Assembly: GCF_009834535.1 (NCBI RefSeq)
Contig: NC_045696.1
Coordinates: 98,396,001 to 98,460,000, forward strand
Reading direction: 5' to 3'
Length of the DNA: 64,000 nucleotides
DNA from: Camelus ferus
Lineage: Eukaryota
The notes under the pieces are model-generated. The model saw only the letters and a program-made list of their open reading frames with translations, did not search any database and was not told the DNA's origin. Each line of letters begins with the position of its first letter. Position 1 is the stretch's first letter. The position numbers were made by a program, and so were the translations under genes. Positions 13,703 to 26,538 of this stretch are shown in pieces.

Positions 13703-14600
13703 TGAAGTTTATGATGTTTATTTGCTTAACTTTCTTTACAGATTGCATGTACCTTTTTCATCTTTATATGACTTTAACCATACTATGTATCCTCTGGCAA
13801 AGAGGTAGTGCAACTTACTACTTTTTACAAAGATCAGGACTGATGTAGATAGCTGTATGATATGATATTGTGTAAGTATGCCACACTTTAACTCTCAACT
13901 ATTAATGGATGTGTTTACTCTTAACAGCAGTGCTGCTCCTAACATCTGCACACATGTGTCTCCTTGCACACGTGAACATGTTTCTCTAGACCCTGTAGTC
14001 TTAGGTTCATATGTAGCGGCAGAGTTGTTTAATTATAAGGGATGCACATTTCACATTTTATTAGACAATGCTAAATTGTTTCCCAAATTTCTTTCATCAG
14101 TTTACTTTCCTTTGAACAGGATGTAATTTTTCAGGTTGTCTTCATTTTCACCAAGACTTGATGCTGTTAACCTTTAAATTATTGCCAATCTCTGTGGGAA
14201 AAGGTCTTCTGTTTTTGTTTTAATTTGCATTTCTCTGATGATTCCTGAGGTAGAGAGATTTTTCACATGTTAATAGAAATTGATTTTTTCCCCTTTTCTG
14301 TGAAATGTCTGGTCAAGCCTTTTACCCACTTTTATTAATTTTTTTTCTTACTGACTTGGACTAACGTCATGCATATATCCTGGGTACTAAAATTTTGTAA
14401 ATTAAAAGTTTTGCAAACTGATCCATTCATTTTGTAGCTTCTTTTCAACCTCTTTATGGTGTCTTTTGACCAGCATAAATTCTACATTTTAATGTGATTA
14501 AATTTGTCAGTTGTTTTCTCTGTGATTTTCACTTTTGCATCCCCATCCAGACTTTATACCAATACCATTATGTGATATTTTCTAAACATACTATAATTTT
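13703..14600 (-). mobile_element. Old LINE-1 (L1ME-like), right part, resuming after the MED15 fragment
   Basis: CTGAAGTTTATGATG...CATACTATGTATCCTCTGGCAA...TTTAATTTGCATTTCTCTGATG is the L1M 3'/ORF2 antisense pattern. Confidence 0.7.
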
Positions 14601-17195
14601 AAATTTCAGATTTATGTTTCCTATCTGATGCAAATATTTTCTGACTCAAAGTTTTTTCTTAGAATTAGTAAGCATGGTTAATTTATAATTTTTATCTAGT
14701 GAATCCAACATCTTCAGTTTCTGTTGCCTGCTTTTTCTCACTTACTGTGCTTTGTTTCCTTGTGCTTTTATTATCTGGGGCTCAGACCTGCTCATTTTTT
14801 TTTTTTTTTGGACATTTTATTGTGGGAGTTTTTAAGACCTAGGAACATGATGTCTTTGTTCAGATTGGCTGGTTTGTGGTTGTAAACTCTCAAGGATGTT
14901 TTCCCCCTTCACCTTGTTTCCTTAGTGTCAAAGCTACTTTCTTTGATGTCACCTGTAGGTTCGGGTTTATTCTGGATAATTCATACTCATACTGAGAATT
15001 TAGTTTTTTAGGGTTCCAACTTTATGGGAGAGGAGGGTATCCTATTACATCTCCCCATCATCTGAAGGCTGTGCCATAGTTTCCTCATCTGTAAAGTGGA
15101 GGTAATATTAATAACGGGGAACTCAGTGGGTTTGGTAAAGATTGTAAAAGTTAATATGTGTAATGTGCTCAGAACAGTGCCTTATATGTAGGAAGTTCTA
15201 TGTGTTTAATATTATTTTTATTTATTATTACTAAGCAGTCCTTGGTTTTGTGTTATGTCTCTTGCTCCTTGAAGCCACCAACATGTGGCTTGATTATGCC
15301 TGGGTGAGCAAAAAGCCCTAGGGCAAAAGTGAGGTAGGCTTATTTTCCTCTGCAGGTCTTGGCCTGGTGGTTCATTGTTAGAATTTGATGATTTAAGAAA
15401 GAAAATTATCTGTCCATCTATTTATCTTTCTATGATTTTCTGTCTTAGTTTCAACAAGAATGTTAGGTTTACCAAATAATCAGAAACAGAACTCTTTTTT
15501 TATTTTTGTCTTTTCATCCCCTTCATCCTAATTTCTTTGACTCACCATATTATTTTTTTCTAACTCTTGAAAATAACACATATCAAGTTTTTCATCTTTT
15601 CTAATATAAATCTTAAACCTAGAAATACTTCACTCTGAACCACTGTAGTAGTATATTGGAAACTTAATGTTTTCATTACCCTCACTCATAATTTTTCTAG
15701 TTTATTATTTATTCTTGATCCCTCTGTTATCTAGAAGTACCTTTTAAAATTCCAAAATGCATTTTTTATTTGTTATATTTTTGTTGCATATTCCTGTCTT
15801 AATTACATTTGTCTACAGAATGTGGTCTGTATTCTTTGATACTTACTGGTGCCTGATAAATTTTCTTTTCCGTTTTTTTATAACCTTCTAAAGTGTTTAT
15901 ATCTTTATGTTTAAGCATATTTATATATTTTATAGGATATATATGGCTTAGTAAACTTAATCTAACCAGTGATCTCTTTTAATTAGTTAGTTTTGTCTGT
16001 AATATTTATTGTGATCATTTATATATGGATTTATTTCTACCATCTTTTAGGAGTTTTCTATTTAACTTGCTTTTTCTATGCTTCTTTTGTCCCTTTATTT
16101 CCTGCCTCTTACTGGGTTTTTAAAATTTTTCCTTTTACATTTTAATAGTTAGAATTTAATCTAAATACTTAAAATCCAAAGTTAGTATCACTACCCTCCT
16201 TTAAAAAAAAGCTTTCAGAAATCCTGAACTCTGAGTCTCCTTTTATCTTTTGTTACTGTTTTCCAACTTTTATCTCAACTTTGTTCTCATTTCCCAAATG
16301 AGGGCTTGTCATTGATTATTGTCGTTTTATCTGTCAATGATTGTGTAGCTTTCTCTACAAATTTGTCTATTTCTTTATCTAAACCTGAATTTAACTTGGC
16401 CTGTGCTTATAAATCCTTAAGAGAGCCTTTTTTAGACCCTGGAGCCTAGGCTGAGACAAACAAGCTCCCTTCTCATCTGTCTGTGCAGGAAGACACTTAT
16501 CTGTTTGTTTTCTTATTCATTATAGTTTTCATTGAATCTGTAGCTCTTGGAAGGTTCTAGCTTATGAGGGAGTTTTGCTCCAATTTACTGCATTGCTTGG
16601 ACTTGAGGCTTCGTCCCCTCTCCAAGCCCTTTCTTGCTGGATCAGCCCTTCTCCCCAGGATGTTCCCAGAATCAGTTTGTTTTCATCTCTCTGGAATTTA
16701 TTTCTTCTAGATCTCAGCTTCTGGGAATTCCCCTTACTTTCTTAACTGAGAAACCATTCCGTGAACAAGATGGTTAACAGGAATGGTTTAACTATTACTT
16801 TTCCAGGACTACTAGATGTTTTATGGTTTAAGAGTTGTCAGGTTATTTAGTCTACCATATTGTTGTAAATGGAAGTTACACTCTTTTTTCTTTCTTTTAT
16901 TTTTAATTTTAAATACTCACAACTTGGTCCCCTGAATAGGCTAGTAGTGGTTTGAAGATGCAGAAATATTTGGCAAGTATGTGTAAACCTGGGCTTTTAA
17001 TCTGCCCTTTAGTCAAAGGATTTAGTAAAAGCAGATAACTTTACAATTTTTATGAAATTGTCCTTGACTGAAAAGGCACGTGCCACCAGCTCACTGTATC
17101 CATTGAAGCTCTGTGATTTGAAGTGTGCAATGATAATGCATTTCAAATTATTTTGGCATGTTTTTCCCACTGATACTTTCTTGTTATTTTTCCAG

Positions 17196-17213
17196 TGTGC
17201 GGTATAGTTTTGG
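17196..17213 (+). other. Candidate 18-nt frame-preserving microexon of an unidentified plus-strand transcript
   Basis: Branch-like CACTGAT (17168-17174), pyrimidine tract, CCAG|TGTGCGGTATAGTTTTGG|GTAAGT. Confidence 0.35.
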
Positions 17214-18245
17214 GTAAGTCATTGGTGCTAATTTTGCTGAAATTGGGCATGAATAAATACACACCCAATATAAATACATAAACACACAGTACTAAGAAAG
17301 TTAGGAAATGAGGGAATGAATTATTTTGTTCTATTTTCTGTCTCAATATTGAAGTGGTAAATTGTTTAAACAATTGTTGAATCACTCCAGTTGTAATTCT
17401 AATATAATAATACATAGACCATTGCATCCAATGTGAATCAAATCTCAGGTATGAGATACCACAGCATCTCAAACCTCAGGTTTTATTTCCTTTATTAACA
17501 CATGTTTCAACTTCAGACCTACAAAGTAATTTTCACTACCTTAACTCTGACTAAAATAACGAACTAGAAGTAACTCATTGTGAGCTGACTGGTTCACTTT
17601 TAAACTCACATCCTTTAACAGAATATTATACTTCAAATCATTAATAAATATATCAGAAACTGCCTTGGACAGGCAGGTAATCTAATCCATAAATGTTTGT
17701 TGAGTTTGATCACTCAGAGACATAAATGTGATAAAATAATTATTTCTGATTGTAACCAAAAATGGATGTATGTCATAAAAACACACTTTAAGAGACACTA
17801 TGCTAAAGTTAAAAAACCTGACAATTTTCAAAGGGAGCATTTTAAGAACATTTAAATTTCATTCCTACTCCTGATGCTTGATACTAAAAATACACAAATT
17901 TCAGAAAATCAAATGGAGTTTTTTTCTACAGAAATTTCATTTCAGCACTTATTGCTTATTATATTATTAAAACAAAAGAAATTTATTATTTAAAATGGAG
18001 CAAGAAGCAAATTTAGTAACAGGATATTGTCAAATGTGATTAAAATAAATGCAATTTAAATCAAAATCCCAATGTGAAATTTATTTCAAAGCCTCCAATT
18101 CTTGGTCTGCTTTAAAATTTTCCTCTAGTAACTAATATGGTCAGTCCTTATCCATTGCCATAATAAAATATAACCTCAATTTTTTACATCATTTGTTTGT
18201 TTACCAAAAGCCTTTGATATGACGTTAAACAGGAGTTCTTGAGAC

Positions 18246-18265
18246 AAAAAAAGAAAAGAAAGAAA

Positions 18266-18326
<61 letters not shown>

Positions 18327-18335
18327 AAAAGAAAA
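18246..18335. repeat. (GAAA)n microsatellite
   Basis: Direct reading. Confidence 0.95.
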
Positions 18336-19974
18336 CAACCTAATCACATTATTCAACACACAACTTTGCCATCTACAAAGTTCTTTCCTATAGTCTCCAT
18401 CTGATTCCTCATTAAAATCACCTGAGAAACTTAAAAAATACCCATTCCACAGCCCCACGCTGGTCCAGTTAAATTGACTTTTTTCCTATACACATTCTGT
18501 TGTTAATGCACATTGAGTTGGCAAGTGTTTTTAAAATAATAAATATCTGAAGGAAAGTGAAATATTTACTCTAAGTCAGATGTGTCTATTATTAACTGTG
18601 CTTGTTCTGAACATAATACCTGGCGCAAGTGCGGCAGTTTAAGTGCATAGAACAAGCAAAGGTTGGGCAGCAAGGCTTTTATTTATAATCTGAGTGGAGG
18701 TCTGGGAAGCAGGCAGTGCTTGGGTCAGTGTGTGTCTTGGCTTTTTAAAAAGAGCTGTTTATTATCAAAGCAGTTTGATTTATTAATTTTTTTGTCCCCT
18801 TCTCCCTCCTTTTGATTAAAAAGGGAAAAGATTGATGTAGAGGTTTTCCAAATCCACCATCATTGGATCTGTTAGAGCTATTAGAAGGTTCGGGGTTTGT
18901 TTGTTTTTCCTTTTTATGAGAAGACAAAAATTTTTTGATTAAAAATAGAAAACACAAGTAGATATTCTAAATAAGATCCTTTCAGGTCCTGGATTGATAA
19001 GAGAGACGAAGAGAAAAGGCTGTAATGTAGTGGATAGTTTAGATATAGGAAGGAATTAATATTTAAGATGAAATATATAATGAAAATAAGATTTTATAAA
19101 AATAAAATAGGGGAAATTGCTCAGCATTTAACATTTTGTTCTTTCTCCATTTGAAAATATATTGCTTACGTTATTGGTTTGTTCCTGGATAAAACCATTC
19201 ACATTCTGGGAAATAATAGGCATATTAAGGTATGTTTATTCATTATATTTGCTCTCTGGACTGTTTCCTAACTTTTTCCCTGAGAAAATCCTCATTTATA
19301 ATACTATTTTTGAAGAATCTGAGATGCAGACTTATGAGAACTTCTTTGTTTTTCCATTTTCTCCTGAGACTGATGTGATGAAAAGGGCATAGATTCCCTC
19401 CCCTTTAAATATGGAATAGTGAGGCAATTCCTTGGTATTTAATAATAAAAGAATGCACGTGTCACCATGAGTGATTTTCCAACTAAGACCTTGCAAAAAT
19501 GTGTCCATTTATGTTCTTGGCTACCCTTTATCTCAATGGGAATGAAAAGATACACACTGTGACCCTATATGTAAATTCGGTATGATGTTATTGTTATTGA
19601 ATATTTAAAATGATCTGTTATATTGTTATGGAGGTTGATCTTTAAACATATTTTTTAATTGAAACCCGATTTGGGAAATTTTAGTTTATTAGAAAAGTTC
19701 ATTACCATTTTACTGCGTATGACTATCTGGTGGCTGTACTCTCATTTTGCAGTTTAAGTCCCAAATCCCGAAGTCTTGCTTCACTAATTCCATTGTTTCT
19801 AGTTATAGCAAAAGTGAGTCTTCATGGTTCATAGTCAGCAGTAAGACCTGCTAAGAGCCATTTTCTCCTTCTTGGCAACTGGTAACTGGCTTGTTCAAAG
19901 GTCAAAGTATGAGTTGCCTATGTGTTTATTTTCATATTGAAACAGACTTTCAAGTTGGGTGAAGAGCCAGGAAA

Positions 19975-20700
19975 TATTTCTTTCTAGCAGGCACTGTGCC
20001 AGGTACCCAGATACCCGATAACTAAGGCCAAGTTCCCATCCATGAAGAACTCAATGCCTAGAGGTTGAGCCAGAGAAAAGTACAGATAAATCAGTGTGCT
20101 ACGATGTGAGTGCAGAGGAAGCAGCTGCTGCTTGGGGCTGTGAGGAAGAGCTCCCAAAGGAGGTGATATGTAAACTGTCTTGAGGTCTGAGTTTTTGAAG
20201 TGGTTAAGGAAGTTGAGAACATTCCATGCAAAAATGAAAGTCTGGGCTATTCTGCAAGAATGAGAAGTAGTTTGTATGAGAATTGTAGAGCAGAAGGAAC
20301 CAGAAATTATTTTTCATTTTCTGTCATGGCCAGAAATAAGGACAACAATAGTTTGGGTTTTTTTTTTTTCTTTCATGGAGAAAATGGGTAGGGTACTATC
20401 ACATTTTGCCATTAAAAAACTAGCTCTAGTAGACTGTATGGATTGATGATTTGGGATAGCAGTTGTGCTGTGATCCTAGATAAGGGTGATAAGGATGGAG
20501 TGTCAGACAGTCGCTATGAAAATACACGTGGGACTCAGGAGACACTGGTGATCAATGGGGTGTGGGCCGTGCAGAAGAGGAGGAGACTCAGGTATGACAT
20601 TTGGTTTGGGTAAAAGAGTGAGTGGTGATTTCCTGATTAAAATAGAGAATATGTGAGGAGGAGCAGATTTTGACCAGGCAATGAGTTTTTCTTTGGACTT
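19975..20700 (-). mobile_element. LINE-2 (L2c-like) fragment
   Basis: CAGGCACTGTGCCAGGTACC...GAGAATATGTGAGGAGGAGCAGATTT...ATGAGTTTTTCTTTGGAC follows the antisense L2 pattern. Confidence 0.6.
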
Positions 20701-21744
20701 GATGAAGACAACTTCTTATCATCTTCCTGAGGGAAAGGGAATGTGCTCTGAAGTCAGGGCCTTTTCTAAGAGCTCCTTTTCAAGCAAATTTCTTCACTTG
20801 AGTACTATTAGGAAAGAAAGAAAAGTGACAGTGACATTTGGAAAGACATATAAAGACATAAAGAGAGAAGACATGCTGCTCAATTTCATGAAGTCCTACT
20901 CCAAGGATTCACTAGGTTTGGAAGTTAAGGGCAGTGCAGATAATACTATCTCACAATGAGTAAAATTTTATTAAAATCCATAGGTGTAAGTAAGAATGTA
21001 GAAGATGCTTATTTGTTGAAGAAAGTGCATTTTCAGGCTCTCTTCTCTGGGATCTTCTGTCATTGTATAAGTCCCTAATGTAGTCTTAAACACATTGTTA
21101 TAGTTAATTATAAAGGACTTGGACTGCATTTTAGAAATCATCGTATTTCTAGAACCTAACTATGTAGTTTTACACCTACTATGTAATTAGAACACAGTAG
21201 GACCTCAAAAGCATTTCGTCAGTGGAAATACCCATTAAGTAATGGATGGACTAATTACAAATTATAAGTATTAATTTTATGCTTGAAATAGAATAGCACA
21301 TATATTATCAACACTTTTAAACTGTGCAGGTGGAACTTTCATACATGTAACTGCTATACATTATTGAGTTACTCTGTCACATCACACTGTTTATTTCCTT
21401 TATAATGTTTTTCACAATATGTAATTGATTATTTCTTTGTTTATGCATGTTTCCTCATTAAACTGTAGGCTCCATCAGAGAAGGGAGCCCATCTGTCTAA
21501 CTTACCTCTATATCCTCAATGCATAGGATAGTACTTGCTCATAGTGCTCTGTATGTTTGCCTTTAGTGAAACAATTAATAGATTTTTAAAATCAAATGAT
21601 ATAGCCCTGTTAGGAAGAAACTGATGAGATCTCATTTGTAATAATAATAATAGATAAGTAGATACATAGTAGAATTGTTATGAATAAGGCCTTATCTATT
21701 TCCTTCCTAGAACAAAAGTAGTCATATTTAAACTCTCCTGGTTG

Positions 21745-21945
21745 CCAGGCACGGTACTGGCTCTTTTAATCCCATTTGTTTCTTGCAATTACTTGAAAGG
21801 TTAACTGTGAAGTTGGCATTATTTTATAGATAAAGAACCTGAGGCTCAGAATGGTTATATAACTTGCCCAAAGTCACACAGTTAAGTCAGGATTTGAATC
21901 CAAGTCCGTAAAGTGTCAAATGTGTGGCTTTTCTATTAAACCACA
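21745..21945 (-). mobile_element. MIR SINE
   Basis: TTTTATAGATAAAGAACCTGAGGCTCAGAATGGTTATATAACTTGCCCAAAGTCACACAG is the antisense MIR core. Confidence 0.85.
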
Positions 21946-22569
21946 AAATGATATTCTTCATTGTAGTTAAATTTGGTTTTTCAAAGATGCAAAATATCAC
22001 AAAATTTAAAAGCTGTTTGCAGAAATAAATGTATGTAATCTTAATGAAAATTAGAAAATGGAAGTATTCTTATTTGGCCTCAGAACAAATCTGTTGAATG
22101 ATAGGATAGCCTTTGTACAGGTGTCTCAGCATGAAATATATTCCAAATTTGTGTTATTATGCCCTGCAGTAAACTATAGCAGGCCACAGCAAGAAAGGGT
22201 GTAAGATAATATACATGTCAAATATGAAAATAAGAAAAATAACATTTTCTTCCTCTATATCCCCATTTTTGACCCCAAAACATTGTGAAAGATTGTTCTC
22301 TTGAGACACAAGGGGAGTAATAAAACTAAATGTTTTCCTTTCTGTTTTCTATGGAAACTTAACCTTCTGCTTTCTGTGTGTACACAGACAAATAAATGTC
22401 ACATTGCCAGAATTATTCCAAAGATTTATATTTCATATTTCAAATAAAGACATCTCCCTTTGGGCCAGTTTGTGTGGGTTTTTCCAGTGAGCAAGAGAAA
22501 AAAGAAGACTAAAACTAAAGTCAAAATTACCTTTGTGAAAAATGTATGTAATAAACATGCTCTTTCTCT

Positions 22570-23590
22570 ATAAATCCTATAGAAATATCAAGAGAGCTTT
22601 TTCATAAATGAATAAAATGATCTTGAATTTCATATAGAATAATAAAGTTATCAATAGCCAAGAAGCTTGTAAAAAAAAGATGAAGAATAAGGAGAGACTT
22701 TCTTTGTAGATCCAGAGCATATTATTAAGCCATTACAATCAAATCAATAGTAGTCCATAGGAATAGGCAGATAGATCAGTGGGATGAAATAGAGAATCCA
22801 GAAATAGATAACAGGCATAAACGAGAATTCAGGTATCACAGAGGTAAGTCTTTTCACTGAGTGAGATTGCACAGGCACAAATGAGGTGGCAAAAGTGGCT
22901 TCCATGTCAAAAAATGTGTACAGAATTGTGCCCATTTCATATCATTGCCAAAAACACATCCCCGATAGATATAAAAACTAAACAGTAAATAATCTTAGAA
23001 AAAATCTTCGAGGCTATATACAAAATCTTGAAGTTAGAGAGCTCTCTACCAAGGCTAGAGCTTTTTAAACAATAAAGAAATTGTTTAGAATTTTTTTAAA
23101 AACTTGAAATATGAAACATTAGTAAAATCAATAGATAAATGATAGATTTTGGGGGGGGGAAATGTTTGCAAAACAGATGGCAGTCAAAGGATTAACTGTT
23201 TACAACATGACCTTAAGAATTCTCTAAAAAATTATACAAACCAATAGGAAAATTGGCAAAGAATATATGAAGTGGCAATTCAGAGAACAGAAAATCTAAA
23301 TGGCCAAGAAACACGAAAAGATGGTTTACTTCACTACTAGTTAAGGACATGCAAAGTAATAATCAGATATTCTTGAATGCTTATCAGACTGGAAATATTT
23401 TAAGGCTGTGATACATATTGCCCACAATAATGCTGAAAAAAGTTCAAAATGTGAAAAATTTTAGGCCTTTTTGAGAAGGCAGTTTGGCAATATACATAAA
23501 AATGAAAAACATGCATAACTCTTTGATCAAACAGTCTTAAACCTGGGACACTCTTTTATAGAAACAAGAGAAGCAAAATGGATATAAAGG
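22570..23590 (+). mobile_element. Old LINE-1 (L1M) ORF2 3' region, decayed
   Basis: GGCAGATAGATCAGTGGGATGAAATAGAGAATCCAGAAATAGA, AAATTGGCAAAGAATATATGAAGTGGCAATTCAGAG and GGCAGTTTGGCAATAT are L1 ORF2/3' motifs in sense orientation. Confidence 0.75.
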
Positions 23591-23885
23591 ATTCTCTTTT
23601 TGAAGGTGGTAGAAAACTCAGTTGTGCACAATTTTTGGCATATGTTACATTCTGTACAGTCCTTTCATGGGATATCTTTTCAAAGTATATGAACTATAAA
23701 AATATTTTGATTGATGTATTAAAATTAAAATTAAACTACAGCTTCATTAATACTGAAGTTAGCTTAGTTTTAGCTTAGATATTTCTACTACAAACATTAT
23801 GTTTAATCATCATAAAATCCAGTGAGATGGGCATTATTATGTTCAACTTAAAGATGAGAAACTAGAATCTCATAGAAATTAAATC

Positions 23886-24337
23886 TGTTTTGGCTTCCTG
23901 TTGTTATAAGCCAGTAATAAATCACCACAAATTTAGTGGCTTACATTTCTGTAGTTTGGAAGTCTCACTGGGCTAAAGTCAGGGTGTCAGCAGGGCTGTA
24001 TTCCTTCTGGAAGCTCTAGGAAATAACGTTTCCTTGCCTTTCTCGCCTTCCAGAGGCCACCTGCATTGGTTTGCTTATAGCCCCTTCCTCTAGCTTCAGA
24101 GCAGCCATGTAGCACCTTCTGATCTCTTTCTCTGACTTTGACACTCCTGCCTCCTTGCAGTAAGATCCTTGTGATTACACTGGACTTACCCAGATAACCC
24201 AGGATAATCTTCCCAACTCAAGATGCTTAACTTATTCACATCAGCAAAGTTCCTTTTGCCATATAAGGTAATATATTCACAGGTTTTGAACATTAGAATG
24301 TGTACATCTTTGGGGAAGGACTTTTCTGCCTACCACA
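23886..24337 (-). mobile_element. MaLR solo LTR (MLT1C/D-like) inserted into a MIR
   Basis: TG...CA ends, MLT1 motifs (ACCACAAATTTAGTGGCTT; CAGGATAATCTTCCC; CTGCCTACCACA) and a perfect 5-bp TSD AAATC (23881-85 / 24338-42). MIR sequence continues on both sides. Confidence 0.88.
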
Positions 24338-24404
24338 AAATCACTTTCTTAAAGTCGAACAGCAAATAGGTGGCAGATTTTTTTCCTCAAACTTTAGTAG
24401 TCTG

Positions 24405-24546
24405 TTTTTTGGGTGATGAAAATATTCTAAAATTTGATGATTATATCCATATTAGATTATATATGACTTTGTGACTATACTAAAAAGCACTTTGAAAGGC
24501 AAATGTTGTGGTATACAGATTATATCTCAATAAAGTTGTTTTAAAA
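24405..24546 (+). mobile_element. Short LINE-1 (L1MB/MC-like) 3' end
   Basis: GGGTGATGAAAATATTCTAAAAT...TTATATCTCAATAAAGTTGTTTTAAAA. Confidence 0.7.
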
Positions 24547-24855
24547 TCTAGTATTGTGATAGAGGAATAACAATAAGTAATTTTTAAGCATTTCGTGTGT
24601 GAAAAGCACAGTGTTAGTTATTAAATATTGCTGAACACTTATTACTTTGTCTGACCAGAGTAGTCACATTCTTCTGGAAAATCTTCCTTTACAACCATGT
24701 CAGATCAACTCCTCTTCCCTACCCACATGTTGGACACTACAGCTGAGCCGTCAAATGATCTGGTCCATAGTGCTCCATCTATAGATGAGAATGTTCTCCA
24801 AGATGGACAAATCAGTCTTTTGTCCAAGGCTTTTTCTGATTGGGACTAGAAGTAA

Positions 24856-25596
24856 TGTTACCAAACCAAACTGAGATCCTTTCGCCAATGCACACTAACG
24901 CCAATCTATTGACATCAGGTTGTAGTGAAGTAAATTGCAGTGTTTATTGCTGGGTGCCAAGCACGGAGTACAGGCAGCTAATACTCAAAAGACCCAAACT
25001 CCCAGAAGGCTTTCAGGGAAAGGTTTTTAAAGACAGTGGGGAGAGGATTGCAGCATATGTGATCAGCTCATGGACATTCTTCTGATTGGTTGGTGGTGAA
25101 GTAATCAGGAGTCACCATTATCAACTTTCTGGTTCCAACTGGCTGGGGTCTATATGCAGTTAACTTCTTCTGCCTGGTAGAGGTTTCAGTATCTGCAAAA
25201 TAGCTCAAAGATACTGCTCAGAATATTATCTATAGCCCCAGAAGAGGAAATAAAGGTCCTTGACTTTGTTTAATGGCTAAACTATTATTATTTTGTTGAC
25301 GTGACTCTTTTCATCTGTTTCTGCATTTTCTCACTACTCTGATTAAATTTGTTCTTTGAAACTCAGGGAAGGTCTGGGAGGCTAAAGTTTTTCTACAAAC
25401 AAGAGGCAGGCAGAGGACGTGGGGGGATCTGTCTCAGGAATGCCCCATAGGATCCTGCTCAATTACAACCCCCCATTTTTTATACTCCTCAATCTTTAGG
25501 GGGAACAGGTGTAGGACAAGAAGGGGAATAACATTTTGGAGACGGCTTAATCATAAACTTGGCAGAGAAACTCTGTTTGAGGGAGACTCTATTTCA
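24856..25596 (-). mobile_element. ERV1-class solo LTR, MER41-like cetartiodactyl family
   Basis: TG...CA termini, 4-bp TSD GTAA/GTAG, minus-strand AATAAA (plus TTTATT ~24943) and CCAAT box (plus ATTGG ~25086). Sequence resembles artiodactyl MER41-like LTRs. Confidence 0.78.
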
Positions 25597-26507
25597 GTAG
25601 GATCTTCTTGGTCCCTGATGAATTGCTTAAAAAAAAAAAAAAGTAAATCTGCAACTATCAGTGGCTGTTTTTCCTTCCTATGGTTCATGTCCCCTCCCAG
25701 CTATTTGCAGCAGGAAAGAATCAGAGCCACAAAAAAGGTGACAACAGTTAAAAGGGAGGAACTTCTATGTCTTCCAAATTCCAACTTCAAATGTCCATTG
25801 GGCCAACCGTATCTTTCCTGTTGCTCTAATATTATTTAAACTGATTAGAATTGGGTTTGATACTTGCAACAAAAATTCTGTCCTTACTTCCTTAGAGATT
25901 ACTTGGAAAAAAAATATATATATAAAGGTTTGGAAAGTTAAATAGAAATCTAAACCAGAATACAAAACATGAGATAGAGTTGGTGATGAAAGAAAATGTG
26001 AAAACAAGAATCTGTAATTAAATTCCAAATGAGCAATATGTACAACCAGTTTTATGGATTCAGATAAATAGACAGTGGTTTGGGTGATCTGAAAAGAGTT
26101 CCTGGAGGAAAAAGATCAAGACTAGAATTAGACCTTGAAAAGTAGATACGTTGAATTTTTCTGTTAGGGTCACCCATGCCACCTTGTTTAAATGAATTTC
26201 CTTTGGAGAGAGATCTAAGAAAGATCCTGCAGAGGCAGATAAGACATGTCCTGAACGGGGAAGGGGAAGGGAGGCAACTCTATGACTATAGCAAGATTTT
26301 ATTCAAAGGCTAATATTTTGGGGCATATTAGTTGTTATAGGAATAATGTCCCATTTACCTTTTTTTTCCCCTAAGTCATGTAATGAAAATGACAAAATTA
26401 GACTTTTAATAAAATCACTGAAACTTTAAAGCTGATGGAAGATTAGTGGAATATTATCAGAATCAAGTGAGGCTGGATTCTGGTCAATGTTGCAGAGGAT
26501 CTTAGTT

Positions 26508-26538
<31 letters not shown>

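Noticed and set aside
12687..13848. Cluster of overlapping GC-rich ORFs / apparent CpG-island promoter
   Set aside because: All are shadow frames of the MED15 retro-fragment and its GC-rich 3'UTR.
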